Source: Pseudomonadota bacterium
GTDB taxonomy: Bacteria; Pseudomonadota; Alphaproteobacteria; Azospirillales; Azospirillaceae
NCBI GenBank assembly: GCA_023416195.1
Contig: JAEZID010000196.1
Location: forward strand, 1-42,623
Length of the DNA: 42,623 nt
Reading direction: 5' to 3'
Of the stretch, positions 25,812 to 36,202 are shown one piece after another; within the stretch, counting starts at the first letter, position 1; every line of letters begins with the position of its first letter. Position numbers and translations under genes: made by a program. The notes below the pieces were generated by a model. The model had not been told where the DNA came from. It saw nothing but the letters and a program-made list of their open reading frames with translations, and searched no databases.

Positions 25812-27038
25812 TCAGAGAGCCCCAAGTTCGAAATGGCGGATGAGATCGAGTAGGACGCGCACCGCCAGATCGGCGTCCTCCTCGGTGATGGATTCGGCGG
25901 GGTTGTGGCTGACGCCGCCCCGGCAGCGGACGAACAGCATGCCCATGGGCAGCACCCCGGCAAAGGCCATGGCGTCGTGCCCGGCCCCGCTCGGCAGGTG
26001 ATGGAACCGGATCCCGGCCCGCCGCACGGCGGCTTCGATTTGCCGGACGATTTCCGGGGAGCAGGGGGCTGCGTCCGCCTCGTGTCCCGGCTCGACGGCG
26101 AGTGTCACGCCGCGCCGCGCCGCGATGGCTTCCAGCTCCGCGCGGATGCCGGCGCAGGCCGCCCGCCGCACGGCGTCGACCGGCGCCCGGATGTCCAGGG
26201 TGAAAAGCACCGCGCCGGGGATGACGTTGACGGCGCCGGGCCTGGCCTCCAGCCGGCCCACGGTCGCCACCAGATCCGGCGTTCCCGCGCCGATCCGCTC
26301 CACCGCCAGCACCATTTCGGACGCCGCCGCCAGGGCGTCGCAGCGCAGGCCCATCGGCACGGTCCCGGCATGGCCGGCCATCCCGCCGACCCGAACCGAG
26401 AATCGCGAGGCCCCGTTGATCCCCGTGACGATGCCGACCGGAAGCCCCTCGGCCTCCAGAACCGGCCCCTGCTCGATGTGGACCTCGACAAAGGCCAGGG
26501 CGTCCGTCCGCGCCGCCGAGGCCACCGCGTCCGGATCGCCGCCGAACTCCCGCAGGGCATCCCGCATCGCCACGCCGTCGCGGTCCCGCGCCTCCAGCGC
26601 CGCCGGGTCGAACCGCCCGGCCACGGCGCGGCTGCCGGTCAGGGTAACGGGAAAGCGCACGCCCTCCTCGTCGCCGAAGCCCAGCACCTCGATGGCGAAG
26701 GGCAACTGCTCGCCGCGCCGGTTCAGTTCCCCCACCGCCGCGACGGCCGCCAGCACACCCAGGTTGCCGTCGTATTTGCCCGCGTTGCGCACCGTGTCGA
26801 TGTGGGAGCCCAGCAGCAGGGCCGGCGCGCCCGGCGTGGTCCCCTCGTACCGCCCGACCACCGTGCCGACCGGATCGAGCGCCGCCGTCATCCCGGCTTC
26901 CCGCATCCAGTCCATCAACTGGTTGGCGGCGGCCCGGTGCTGCGGCGTCAGGAACAGCCGGGTCAACGCCCCGTCCTCCTCGGAGAAGGCGGCGAACCGT
27001 TCCAGCCGTTCCATCAGCGCCCCACCGAACACCGTCAC
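25812..27038 (-). CDS. Allantoate amidohydrolase (M20 family)
   Basis: GSHIDTV, DEEGVRF, EVHIEQG, GHAGT, SGAGHDA and SHNPAE. GTG start overlaps the uraD stop (GTGA). Confidence 0.88.
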   Translation of the reverse strand: MTVFGGALMERLERFAAFSEEDGALTRLFLTPQHRAAANQLMDWMREAGMTAALDPVGTVVGRYEGTTPGAPALLLGSHIDTVRNAGKYDGNLGVLAAVAAVGELNRRGEQLPFAIEVLGFGDEEGVRFPVTLTGSRAVAGRFDPAALEARDRDGVAMRDALREFGGDPDAVASAARTDALAFVEVHIEQGPVLEAEGLPVGIVTGINGASRFSVRVGGMAGHAGTVPMGLRCDALAAASEMVLAVERIGAGTPDLVATVGRLEARPGAVNVIPGAVLFTLDIRAPVDAVRRAACAGIRAELEAIAARRGVTLAVEPGHEADAAPCSPEIVRQIEAAVRRAGIRFHHLPSGAGHDAMAFAGVLPMGMLFVRCRGGVSHNPAESITEEDADLAVRVLLDLIRHFELGAL

Positions 27039-27532
27039 GGCAGCATGTCCTTCAGGCGCAACCACGCGATCCGCTCGACCTGGGCCAGGGCGGTTGCGAA
27101 CTCCTCATCCGGGTTATTGTGGACGCGCGTTTCGAAGGCCGCCAGGATCTCGGCCCGGCTGCGGCCCTTGACCGCCATGATGAAGGGGAAGCCGAACCGC
27201 GCCTTGTACGCGTCGTTCAATTCGGTGAAGCGCGCGAACTCCTCCGGCGTGCAGCGGTCCAGCCCGGCGCTCGCCTGCTCCTGCGTGGAATCGGCGGTCA
27301 GCTCACCGCGCATCGCCAGCTTGCCGGCAAGGTCCGGGTGCGCGTTCAGCAAGGCCGTTTTCCTTTCGCGGGGTGCGGCGCGCAGCACCGCCACCATGGC
27401 GGCGTGCAGCCCTTCGGCGCTGTCCGGGATGGGGCCGGCGTCCCAAGCGCCTTCGGCGATCCAGGGCGAATGTTCGAACACGCCGCCGAAGCGGGCCAGA
27501 AAGGCGGCGCGGTCCATTTGGCTTGGTCGCAT
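27035..27532 (-). CDS. uraD: OHCU decarboxylase
   Basis: [22 protein letters not shown] and [13 protein letters not shown]. Confidence 0.92.
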   Translation of the reverse strand: MRPSQMDRAAFLARFGGVFEHSPWIAEGAWDAGPIPDSAEGLHAAMVAVLRAAPRERKTALLNAHPDLAGKLAMRGELTADSTQEQASAGLDRCTPEEFARFTELNDAYKARFGFPFIMAVKGRSRAEILAAFETRVHNNPDEEFATALAQVERIAWLRLKDMLP

Positions 27533-27680
27533 GGGGCTTCCCCAGTGTGGCGGAGCGGGTATCCTAGCCAAATTTTCCGGCCTCCGCTTTTCGGTTCCGT
27601 TTGAAAGTCTTTTTGGGCGCTCCCGGTTCGGGCCAGGATGGGGCGCCGCTATAACCGAAGCTTCGACGATGGAGGAACGC

Positions 27681-28043
27681 ATGGCCAACACCGGTCGCCT
27701 GACGACGCACGTTCTCGACACGACCCACGGCCGCCCCGGCGCGGGGATCGCCGTGACCCTCTACCGGGTGGAAGGTGACCGCCGGACCCGACTGGTGCAG
27801 ACCCGCACCAACGCCGACGGCCGCTGCGACGCGCCCCTGCTCGCCGGGGCGGCGCTGACACCCGGCGTCTACGAGCTGGTGTTCGAGGCCGGGGCCTATT
27901 TCCGCGCCGCCGGAGTCGGCCTGCCGGATCCGGCCTTCCTCGACGTGGTGCCGATCCGCTTCGGCATCGCCGACGCAGACCAGCATTACCATGTGCCGCT
28001 GCTGATCTCCCCCTACGGCTACTCCACCTACCGGGGCAGCTGA
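27681..28043 (+). CDS. uraH: Hydroxyisourate hydrolase (transthyretin-like)
   Basis: [13 protein letters not shown] and HYHVPLL..YSTYRGS. GGAGG RBS. Confidence 0.95.
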   Translation: MANTGRLTTHVLDTTHGRPGAGIAVTLYRVEGDRRTRLVQTRTNADGRCDAPLLAGAALTPGVYELVFEAGAYFRAAGVGLPDPAFLDVVPIRFGIADADQHYHVPLLISPYGYSTYRGS

Positions 28044-29227
28044 TCGGTCGCCCCATCCGTCCAGGCCGCGAGAACCTGCCGTTCCTCCGCCGTGATCCGG
28101 GTGACGTTGCCGGGCGGCATGGCGTTGGACAGAACCGCCCAGGTCCGGATCGGGCCGGCGTGGCGACGGATCTCCTCCGCGCTGTCCAGCCGCAAGCCGC
28201 GCGGCGGGGCGGCGATGCCCTCCCACACCGGGGCGGCGGCGTGGCACATGCTGCACCGTGTGGTGACGATCTCCTCGACCTGAGCGAAGTCGGCGCGGGC
28301 TGGTCCGGCGGCGACGCTATCCTTCGGTCCCGCCGTGCTCAGCGCGACGATGGCGGCCACGCCGGCGGCGGCAACGCCCCAGGTCCACCAGGGCGGCGGC
28401 TTGCCGGCGTGCTTCGAATTGAAGAAGTGGCGGATGGCCGCGCCGACCACCAGCACGACGGCGACGATGACCCAGCTGTAGCGGGTGCCGAAGGCCAGAG
28501 GGTAATGGTTGCTGATCATCAGGAAGACGACCGGCAGGGTCAGGTAGTTGTTGTGCAGCGACCGCTGCTTGGCCGCCTTGCCCAGCGCCGGATCCGGCAC
28601 CTCCCCCGCCATCATCGCCGCCACCGCCTTGCGCTGGTTGGGGATGATCAGCCGGAAGACGTTGGCCGACATGATCGTCCCGATCAGCGCCCCGACATGC
28701 AGCATGGCCGCCCGCCCGCTGAACACGTGACTCAAGCCCCAGGCCACCGCGACCAGGAAGATAAAACCGGCCAAGGCCAGCTTGGTGTCGTCCTTGCCCA
28801 GCGGCGACTTGCACATCCGGTCATAGACGTGCCAGCCCAGCCCCAGCGCGCCCAGGCTGATGAGGACCGCCCCCCACCAGGGCAGGTCCAGCACCTCCGG
28901 GTCGATCAGGAACAGGTTGGCGCCGTGGTAGTACAGCACGGCCAGCAGGCAGAAGCCGCTGAGCCACGTTGCGTAGGCTTCCCACTTGAACCAGGTCAGC
29001 TTCTTCGGCAGCTCATCCGGGGCCACCATGTACTTGACCATGTGGTAGAAGCCGCCGCCATGGATCTGCCACGCCTCGCCCGCCGCGCCCTCGGCCAGCC
29101 CCTCGCGCCGCCGCAGGCTGAGGTCCAGATGGATGAAGTAGAAGGAGGAGCCGATCCAGGCGATGGCCGTGATGACGTGCAGCCAACGCACCAGAAAATT
29201 GACCCATTCCCAGACAATCGGCTCCAT
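28028..29227 (-). CDS. puuD: Urate hydroxylase PuuD (membrane domain plus cytochrome c)
   Basis: [38 protein letters not shown] and C-terminal CSMCH. Confidence 0.92.
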   Translation of the reverse strand: MEPIVWEWVNFLVRWLHVITAIAWIGSSFYFIHLDLSLRRREGLAEGAAGEAWQIHGGGFYHMVKYMVAPDELPKKLTWFKWEAYATWLSGFCLLAVLYYHGANLFLIDPEVLDLPWWGAVLISLGALGLGWHVYDRMCKSPLGKDDTKLALAGFIFLVAVAWGLSHVFSGRAAMLHVGALIGTIMSANVFRLIIPNQRKAVAAMMAGEVPDPALGKAAKQRSLHNNYLTLPVVFLMISNHYPLAFGTRYSWVIVAVVLVVGAAIRHFFNSKHAGKPPPWWTWGVAAAGVAAIVALSTAGPKDSVAAGPARADFAQVEEIVTTRCSMCHAAAPVWEGIAAPPRGLRLDSAEEIRRHAGPIRTWAVLSNAMPPGNVTRITAEERQVLAAWTDGATDQLPR

Positions 29228-29341
29228 CGCGCCATGGCCTCCGTCGTGAATCCGGGGAAAGTGTAGGGGCGCGGCCGCCCCGGCACTTTCAAAAAAAACG
29301 CGAAGGTGAAATGATTTTCCCCATCGAAAGAGGGGTCCGCC

Positions 29342-30262
29342 TTGGCGTTGCTGGAAAACATGCGGGTGTTCGTGCGGGTGGTGGAGCTGGGCAGCCTGTC
29401 GGCGGCCGGCCGCAGCCTGCGCCTTTCGCCCGCCGTGGTCAGCCACCGCCTGCAAAGCCTGGAAGAGCATCTGAACGCCCGCCTGCTGAACCGCACCACC
29501 CGTCAGGTGCAGTTCACCGAGGCCGGCAAGGTCTTCTACGAACAGTGCCTGGAGGTGCTGGACGCCGCCGAGCGCGCCGAGAGTAGTGTGGCCGCCATCG
29601 GCGGCGCCCCGGTGGGCAGCCTGCGCGTCACCGCTCCGCTCGGCTTCGGCCGGCGCATCCTGGCCCCGATGGTGCCGCGCTTCCGGGCGGCCAACCCGCT
29701 GGTGGACGTGCGGCTGCGCCTGTCCGACCACATCCTGGACCTACTGCGCGAGGCCACCGACGTGGCGATCCGCATGGCGGTTTTGAAGGATTCCAGCTTC
29801 GTCGTCCGTAAGGTGGCCGACCTGCCCCGCGTGCTCTGCGCCGCCCCCGCCTATCTGGAGCGGCGCGGCGCGCCGGATCGGCCGGAGGATTTGCTGGACC
29901 ACCATTGCCTGCTGCTGCGCTTCCCCGGCTCGCAGCAGTTCCAATGGACCCTGCAAGGACCGAACGGCCCGATGAACCTGCCGGTCACCGGCCAGTTCGA
30001 CGCTGACGACGGCGACGTGCTGACCGCCTGGGCGCTGGCCGGCGAGGGCATCGTCCTGAAGCCCGTCTGGGAGGTCGCCGAGCATCTGCAAAGCGGCGCC
30101 TTGCGCGTCGTCCTGCCGGACTGCCCCCCGGAGCCGGTGACGCTGGCCGTGCTCTACCCGCACCGCAGCCTGCTGCCGGCCAAGATCCGGGCCTTCATCG
30201 ACTTCTTCGTGGACAACGTCCGCGCCGACCTCACCCGGCTCGGCCCCGGCGTGGTTCTGTGA
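29342..30262 (+). CDS. LysR-family regulator (CrgA-like), divergent from puuD
   Basis: FVRVVELGSLSAAG and LLNRTTR helix-turn-helix. TTG start after GAGGGG. Confidence 0.92.
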   Translation: MALLENMRVFVRVVELGSLSAAGRSLRLSPAVVSHRLQSLEEHLNARLLNRTTRQVQFTEAGKVFYEQCLEVLDAAERAESSVAAIGGAPVGSLRVTAPLGFGRRILAPMVPRFRAANPLVDVRLRLSDHILDLLREATDVAIRMAVLKDSSFVVRKVADLPRVLCAAPAYLERRGAPDRPEDLLDHHCLLLRFPGSQQFQWTLQGPNGPMNLPVTGQFDADDGDVLTAWALAGEGIVLKPVWEVAEHLQSGALRVVLPDCPPEPVTLAVLYPHRSLLPAKIRAFIDFFVDNVRADLTRLGPGVVL

Positions 30263-31034
30263 CCGGGCCATAGAGTTCCGGGCGCCGGTCGGCGAGGTGC
30301 GTGCCGACCGACCGCAGGGCCGGGTCGATGTCCGCGACCAGCAGTTCCTCCCCACCGCCGGCCCGCGCCAGCACCGTCCCGTCCGGCCCGGCCACGGCGC
30401 TCAGCCCGCAATAGGCGAGGTCGCCCTCCCGCCCGCAGCGGTTGGCGTAGGCGACGAAGATCCCGTTCTCGAAGGCGCGCGCCGGGACGATGGTGGTGGC
30501 GACGATCTCGTACGGCGACATCAGCGCGGTCGGCACCAGCACCGCGTCCGCCCCGGCCAAAGCGAGGCGGCGCACCAGTTCCGGGAACTCCACGTCGTAG
30601 CAGATCGCCACACCGACCCGAAGACCCTCGATCCCGGCAAGGCAAACATCGTCTGGACCGGGAAGGAAGGCGCTCCGGTCGAGGTCCCCGTACAGATGGG
30701 CCTTGCGCTGGTTCAGCAGGCGCCGTCCGTCCCGCCCGATCAGTTGAGCGGCGTTGTAAACGCCCCGCTCCGTCCGCTCCGGGTAGCCGTAGAGGATGGC
30801 GATCCCGGCCCTGGCCGCGATCTCCGCCACGCGCCGGGCGGAAGGGCCGTCCGGCGGCTCGGCCAGAGACCGCACCGCGTCGGCACCGATGTTGTAACCG
30901 GTCAGCCCCATCTCGGGCCCGACCAGCAGCCCGGCGCCCTGCCCCGCCGCCGCCCGCGCCGCCCGTTCCAGACGGTCGAGGTTGCGGTCGGGCTTGCCGG
31001 GCTCCGCGTCCGTCTGGAACAGGGCGATGCGCAT
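30231..31034 (-). CDS. Carbon-nitrogen hydrolase (nitrilase-family amidase)
   Basis: Glu-Lys-Cys triad in GPEM, RKAHL and ICYDVEFPE. Confidence 0.9.
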   Translation of the reverse strand: MRIALFQTDAEPGKPDRNLDRLERAARAAAGQGAGLLVGPEMGLTGYNIGADAVRSLAEPPDGPSARRVAEIAARAGIAILYGYPERTERGVYNAAQLIGRDGRRLLNQRKAHLYGDLDRSAFLPGPDDVCLAGIEGLRVGVAICYDVEFPELVRRLALAGADAVLVPTALMSPYEIVATTIVPARAFENGIFVAYANRCGREGDLAYCGLSAVAGPDGTVLARAGGGEELLVADIDPALRSVGTHLADRRPELYGPVTEPRRGRAG

Positions 31035-31053
31035 GGCCTTACCCCCTTGCCCC

Positions 31054-32103
31054 CTACCCTTTGCGGCGGCCCAGCGCGCCAACGGCGAGGCACAGGATCT
31101 CGAACAGCATCTGCGCGCCGGCGTGAGCGGTGTTGGTGGTGGCGTCGTACTGCGGGGCGACCTCCACCACGTCGCCGCCGATCACGTCCAGCCCGTCGAG
31201 CCCGCGCAGAAGCGCCAGGGCTTCCCGCGTCGTCAGCCCGCCGATCTCCGGCGTGCCGGTGCCGGGGGCGAAGACCGGATCCAGGCAATCCACGTCGAAG
31301 GAGACATAGACCGGCCCGTCGCCGACCACCTTGCGCGCCGTCTCGATCACCGAGGCGATGCCGCGCTCGGCGACCTCCTCCGCGTGGATGACGGTCATGC
31401 CGCTGTCGTAGGAGAACTCCCACAGATACTCGGTGCTGCCGCGGATGCCGATCTGCACGGTGCGCTCGGGGTCGAGCACGCCGTCCAGAACCGCCTGCCG
31501 GAACGGCCCGCCGTGGTGGAACTTGGAACCCTCGTAAGGGCCGCCGGTGTCGCAGTGGGCGTCGAAATGGACCATGCCGACCGGCCGCTCGCGCCCCAGC
31601 GCCTTCAGGATCGAATAGGAAATGGAATGGTCGCCGCCGACCGACAGCGGCACGACGCCCGCGTCCATCACGCGGTTGTAGAAGGCCAGTATGTCCTGGT
31701 GGCAGGTCTCAAGGTTGAAGCGGCTGCCCAGCGGCACGTCGCCCACGTCGGCCAGCTTGCAGGAAGCCGCCGGCACCATGCGCAGGGCGTATTCGTAGGG
31801 GCCGATGCGTTCCATCGCCCGCACGGCGCGCGGGCCGAGGCGGGCGCCGGCCCGGTTGGTGACGCCCAGATCCATGGGCACGCCGATCAGCGCGATGTCC
31901 AGACCGCCGAAATCGGCGCTGTCCGGAGCGTCCGGCCGGTAGGGCGCGTCGAGCAGCGTGGACACCCCGGCGAAGGGCTGCACCCGCTTGCCGCCGGAAA
32001 ACTGAAGGGCGGCCACCCGCTTGAACTCCGGGTCGTGGATGTCGTCCCCGCCGGTGCCGCTGTATTTCGTACGCAAGCGGTCAAGCTTCTGAGGGTCGAT
32101 CAT
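31054..32103 (-). CDS. Agmatinase/guanidino-acid ureohydrolase
   Basis: GARLGP, GGDHS, FDAHCD, SFDVDCLDP, APGTGTPE and EVAP. Confidence 0.9.
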   Translation of the reverse strand: MIDPQKLDRLRTKYSGTGGDDIHDPEFKRVAALQFSGGKRVQPFAGVSTLLDAPYRPDAPDSADFGGLDIALIGVPMDLGVTNRAGARLGPRAVRAMERIGPYEYALRMVPAASCKLADVGDVPLGSRFNLETCHQDILAFYNRVMDAGVVPLSVGGDHSISYSILKALGRERPVGMVHFDAHCDTGGPYEGSKFHHGGPFRQAVLDGVLDPERTVQIGIRGSTEYLWEFSYDSGMTVIHAEEVAERGIASVIETARKVVGDGPVYVSFDVDCLDPVFAPGTGTPEIGGLTTREALALLRGLDGLDVIGGDVVEVAPQYDATTNTAHAGAQMLFEILCLAVGALGRRKG

Positions 32104-32129
32104 AGGGCAATCTCGTCCTTGAGGGGGGA

Positions 32130-32930
32130 TCAGTCGTGCTTGGCCCAGGCGCCGAGCAGGCGCGGCAGGTCGCCGAAGAAAGCGATCAGCCCGAACACCA
32201 GCGCGGTGAGCGACACGAACAGGACCGTCACGGCCGCCATGGTCGGCGTGTAGCCGTAACGCAACGCGTTGAAGATCTTGATGGGCAACGTCTCCATTGT
32301 GAAGCCGACCACCATGTAGGCGACGATGTATTCATTCAGCGACAGCACGAAGGCGAAGGCGAAGCCGGAAATCACGTAGGGCAGAACCAGCGGCATGACG
32401 ATGGTGCGCAGCACCGTCCGGTCGTCGGCCCCCATGGTCGCCGCCGCCTCCACATAGGCGCGGTCCACCGCGCCGAAGCCCAGCGACAGCGTGACCAGCG
32501 GCAGCGTCACGAAGAAGACCGCGTGGCTGACCACCACCGTCCAGGGCGATCCGTACTCGCCCACCGCCGCCCAGAAGCTGAGGAAGCCCAGCGCCGTGAT
32601 GACCGGCGGCAGGATGAAGGGCGTCATGCCCAGGATCTCGAAGGCCCGCGCCCAGGGCGCCCGCCACCGCCACAGGAACCACGCCAGCGGAAAGGCGATG
32701 ATGACGGCCAGCGCCGCCGACAGGGTCGCCACCACGAGGCTGGCGATCAGGGCGCCGCGCCAGCCGGGATCGGTGAACACCTCCGCGTACCACGCCAGCG
32801 AGAAGCCCTGCGGCGGGAAGGTCAGCGACTTCTTGGCGTTGACCGACACGCCGGCCACGACCATCAGCGGGGCCGACAGCACCAGCGCGATCAGCGAGGC
32901 GACCACGGTGTTGAGCGTGCGCCAGGGCAT
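32130..32930 (-). CDS. PotC-like ABC permease
   Basis: FPPQGFSLAWY, EAAATMGA and TLPIKIF. Confidence 0.9.
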   Translation of the reverse strand: MPWRTLNTVVASLIALVLSAPLMVVAGVSVNAKKSLTFPPQGFSLAWYAEVFTDPGWRGALIASLVVATLSAALAVIIAFPLAWFLWRWRAPWARAFEILGMTPFILPPVITALGFLSFWAAVGEYGSPWTVVVSHAVFFVTLPLVTLSLGFGAVDRAYVEAAATMGADDRTVLRTIVMPLVLPYVISGFAFAFVLSLNEYIVAYMVVGFTMETLPIKIFNALRYGYTPTMAAVTVLFVSLTALVFGLIAFFGDLPRLLGAWAKHD

Positions 32931-33784
32931 CAGGCCACCTCCTCCCGCCGGCCGGCGAGCAGGGCCAGCCCGACGAGCGCCAGGCTGACCAGCACCAGGA
33001 ACACCGCCATGGCCGCCGCGAAGGGCATGTTGGACTGGTAGATCGCCTGATCGGTGATGAGAACCGACAGCGTCCAGTGCTGCGGCCGGCCGAGCAACTG
33101 CGGCAGCAGGTAGGACCCCAGCGCGAAGACGAAGACCATGATGGTCGTGGCGACGATGGTGTTGCGCAGGGCCGGCACCACCACCGTGAAGAAGGCCCGC
33201 AGCGGCGAGGCGCCGAGCGTCCGCGCCGCCTCCACCAGGAACGGGTCGAACCGCGCGAGCGCCGGGTAAAGGACCAGCACCGTGTAGGGAAAGGCCTGAT
33301 AGACCAGCCCGGCCAGCAGCGCGCCGAAGCTGGGGCTGAGCGACTGCGGTTCGGCCATCAGGCCCAGCGCGACGAACAGGTTGGTGATCCCGGCGGTGCG
33401 CGACAGCAGCGTGGACCACGCGAAGCCGATGATGACCTCCGACAGCGACAGGATCGACAGCAGGAAGACCAGCCAGCGGATCTGGTTGGCGCGTGGCAGG
33501 CGCACCAGCCGGTAGGTGAAGGGAAAGGCGATCCCCACCGCCACCGCCGCGACCAGCCCCGCCAGCCCCAGCGAGAAGGACATCACCCCGCCGAAGAAGC
33601 CGGTCAGGAACCGCTCGTAGTTGGAAAAGACGAAGTCCGGTTCGTAGAAGCCGCCGGGCACGCGCCGGAAGACGCTGACCGCGATCATCAGGCTGAAGGG
33701 GATCACGAAGAAGACGACCAGCATCAGCGCCGGAAACAGGATCGGCGAATGCTCGGCGAAAGTGCGGGGCGCGCGGCGGATCAT
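32930..33784 (-). CDS. PotB-like ABC permease
   Basis: TM segments, EAARTLGA and PQLLG. Confidence 0.9.
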   Translation of the reverse strand: MIRRAPRTFAEHSPILFPALMLVVFFVIPFSLMIAVSVFRRVPGGFYEPDFVFSNYERFLTGFFGGVMSFSLGLAGLVAAVAVGIAFPFTYRLVRLPRANQIRWLVFLLSILSLSEVIIGFAWSTLLSRTAGITNLFVALGLMAEPQSLSPSFGALLAGLVYQAFPYTVLVLYPALARFDPFLVEAARTLGASPLRAFFTVVVPALRNTIVATTIMVFVFALGSYLLPQLLGRPQHWTLSVLITDQAIYQSNMPFAAAMAVFLVLVSLALVGLALLAGRREEVA

Positions 33785-34848
33785 GACGCGGCCATGGGCG
33801 GCAGGACGACGCAGGAGCCGGGCGGCAGCTCGACCGACAGCGCGCCGCCGGGTTCGACCGGCGGGCGGTCCTGCGGGCGGGACAGGGCGATGATCTCCTT
33901 TCCCGCCACGTCGATGCGGAATTCGACGCTTGAGCCGAGATCGCGCATGAAGGACAGCGTGCCGGGCAGGCGGTTCGAGCCGTCTGCCGATCCGTCGGCG
34001 GCGGTCGGATGGACGATCACCTCCTCCGGCCGGATCGACAGCAGCACGCGGCCGGACGGCGGCAGGTTCGGCAGGGACAGGGTACCGCCGGGGACCTGCA
34101 CCGTGCCGGGCCGGGTCACCTGCCCGTCCAGCAGGTTGGTCAGGCCGATGAAGTCGGCGACGAAGGCGTCGGCCGGCTGGCGGTAGACCTCCATGGGCGG
34201 GGCGGCTTGATGGATGCGCCCCTGCGACATGACCACCACGAGATCGGCCATGGTCATGGCCTCGCGCTGGTCGTGGGTGACCACGATGGTGGTGATGCCA
34301 AGCCGCTGCTGAAGCTGCTTCAGCTCGATCTGCATGGCCTCGCGCAGCTTGGCGTCCAGCGCCGACAGCGGCTCGTCCAGCAGGAACAGCCTGGGCGACA
34401 GGGCCAGGGCACGGGCGATGGCGACGCGCTGGCGCTGACCGCCCGACAGCTTGGACACCGGCCGGTCGGCCACGCCGGGCAGGCGGACCAGCTCCAGCAG
34501 CTCATCGGCGCGCTTGCGCTGGTCGGCGCGGGAGGCGCCCCGGATGCGCAGGGGGTAGGCGATGTTTTCGCCCGCCGTCAGGTGTGGGAACAGGGCCAGC
34601 GACTGGAACACCATGCCGAACTCCCGCGTGTGGGCGGGGGCGTCGGTGATGTCCCGGTCGTCGATCAGCAACCGCCCGCCGGACGGCTCCTCAAGCCCGG
34701 CGATCATGCGCAGCAGGGTCGTCTTGCCGCAGCCGCTCGGGCCGAGCAGACAGACGAACCGGCCGTGCGGGATGCGCAGGGACGCGCCGTGCACCGCGAC
34801 CGTGGAGCCGTAACGCTTGGTGAGACCGTCGAGGACGAGTGCGGACAT
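33781..34848 (-). CDS. PotA-like ABC ATPase
   Basis: GPSGCGKTT, LSGGQRQR, LLDEPLSALD and a TOBE-like tail. Confidence 0.92.
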   Translation of the reverse strand: MSALVLDGLTKRYGSTVAVHGASLRIPHGRFVCLLGPSGCGKTTLLRMIAGLEEPSGGRLLIDDRDITDAPAHTREFGMVFQSLALFPHLTAGENIAYPLRIRGASRADQRKRADELLELVRLPGVADRPVSKLSGGQRQRVAIARALALSPRLFLLDEPLSALDAKLREAMQIELKQLQQRLGITTIVVTHDQREAMTMADLVVVMSQGRIHQAAPPMEVYRQPADAFVADFIGLTNLLDGQVTRPGTVQVPGGTLSLPNLPPSGRVLLSIRPEEVIVHPTAADGSADGSNRLPGTLSFMRDLGSSVEFRIDVAGKEIIALSRPQDRPPVEPGGALSVELPPGSCVVLPPMAAS

Positions 34849-34873
34849 GGGCGGACTCTTGAGATGACACATA

Positions 34874-34904
34874 CTCCCCCTCTCCCGTCCCGGGAGAGGG
34901 GGAG
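34874..34904. repeat. REP-like perfect hairpin between the substrate-binding protein and ATPase genes
   Basis: CTCCCCCTCTCCCG-TCC-CGGGAGAGGGGGAG, a 14-bp stem. Confidence 0.7.
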
Positions 34905-34916
34905 GCGAGGGCTTGA

Positions 34917-36038
34917 TCACCCCACGATCATCTCGGTCCACTTCTGGTTCAGCCAGTCGGACTTGGTCTGGTAGAGGTCGTAACGGGGGACGATCGGGGG
35001 GATGTCGGAGGACACCGCCGCGAACTCCTGGTCCGTCAGGTCGGTCAGCTTGCGGTCGATGGTCGGCGCGGTGCCGACCTTGCGCGACAGCAGCGCCTGA
35101 ATCTGCGGCTGGCACATGTAGTCCACGAAGACATGCGCCAGATCGCCGGCCTTCGACGCCCGCGTCACCGCCCAGCTGCCCGAATCGAGGACGCCGCCCT
35201 CCTTCGGGAAGGTGGAGCGCACCGGGTTGCCGTCCGCGGCGGCGAGGCCGGTGACGTCGTGGTAATACTGGCCCATGGGGATCTCGCCGGACTTCAGCGC
35301 CGCTTCGAACTGCGCCTCGTCGCGGTACCAGAGCTTCACGTTGTTCTTCAGTTCGGACAGCTTCTTGAAGGCGTCGAGTCGGCCCTGTTCGGTGTCCAGA
35401 TGCTTGGTGCCGCCGAAGAAGGTGGCGGCGGTGACCTCCAGCAGGAAGGAGTTGCTGACCAGCGCCAGCAGGCCGAGCTTTTCCTTGTTCGCCGGGTTCC
35501 ACAGGGCCGCCCAGCTGGTCGGGGCCTCGGGGTAGGCCTTGGTGTTGGTGACCAGCGTGATGTACCAGGACACCGCGCCGACGCCGCTGACCTTGCCGTC
35601 CGGATATTTGTTGACGAGGTGCGGCAGGACCTTGGAGGCGTTGGGAATCTTGGACAGGTCGAAGGGCGCCCACAGCTCCGCCGCCATGCCCTTCAGCATC
35701 GCCACCTGGGACATCATCGACACGTCGGCGGGCGCCTGCCGCGCGCGGGCCGCCTGTTCCAACTGCACCAGCCACGCCTCGCCGGTCGGTTCCGCCACCG
35801 CTTCGACGGTGATGCCGGTCGCCTTCGAGAAATCGGGGAAGATGTGCTTTTCGAAGGAGTCTTTGAAATAGCCGCCGTAGACGCCGACCTTCAGGGTCTT
35901 GGCCTGGGCGCGGGCGACGTGGGGGAAGCCGGCAACGCCGACAGCCGCCGCCGTCGCGGCCAGGGTGCCGGCGCCCGCCAGCAGGGCGCGCCGGCTGAAG
36001 CCACCGTGAGTTCTCGTTTTTTCGGACGTCTCGGCCAT
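34917..36038 (-). CDS. PotD/F-like ABC substrate-binding protein with Tat signal
   Basis: FSRRALL twin-arginine motif, ARA cleavage site, PTSWAALW and FPKEG. Confidence 0.9.
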   Translation of the reverse strand: MAETSEKTRTHGGFSRRALLAGAGTLAATAAAVGVAGFPHVARAQAKTLKVGVYGGYFKDSFEKHIFPDFSKATGITVEAVAEPTGEAWLVQLEQAARARQAPADVSMMSQVAMLKGMAAELWAPFDLSKIPNASKVLPHLVNKYPDGKVSGVGAVSWYITLVTNTKAYPEAPTSWAALWNPANKEKLGLLALVSNSFLLEVTAATFFGGTKHLDTEQGRLDAFKKLSELKNNVKLWYRDEAQFEAALKSGEIPMGQYYHDVTGLAAADGNPVRSTFPKEGGVLDSGSWAVTRASKAGDLAHVFVDYMCQPQIQALLSRKVGTAPTIDRKLTDLTDQEFAAVSSDIPPIVPRYDLYQTKSDWLNQKWTEMIVG

Positions 36039-36202
36039 GGTTCTTACCCTTCTTGTTCGAGGACGGATGGTGGCAGGCGGTTCGCGGCACGTACAGTGTG
36101 GACTCCGACTATTAGACGGCGGCTTTCCCTCCCCAAAAATCCCGAAGGTTGGTACCTTACTTCGACGTTTTCCGAAGTAAGCCGCAGGGAGGCCCAACCG
36201 CC

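Noticed and set aside
25905..28043. 712-aa ORF and other long Arg/Pro/Gly-rich overlapping ORFs (e.g. 15643..18249, 36829..38727, 33781..36090)
   Set aside because: These are antisense or off-frame shadows of well-supported genes. Only the C-terminal parts matching uraH and the ABC ATPase are real.
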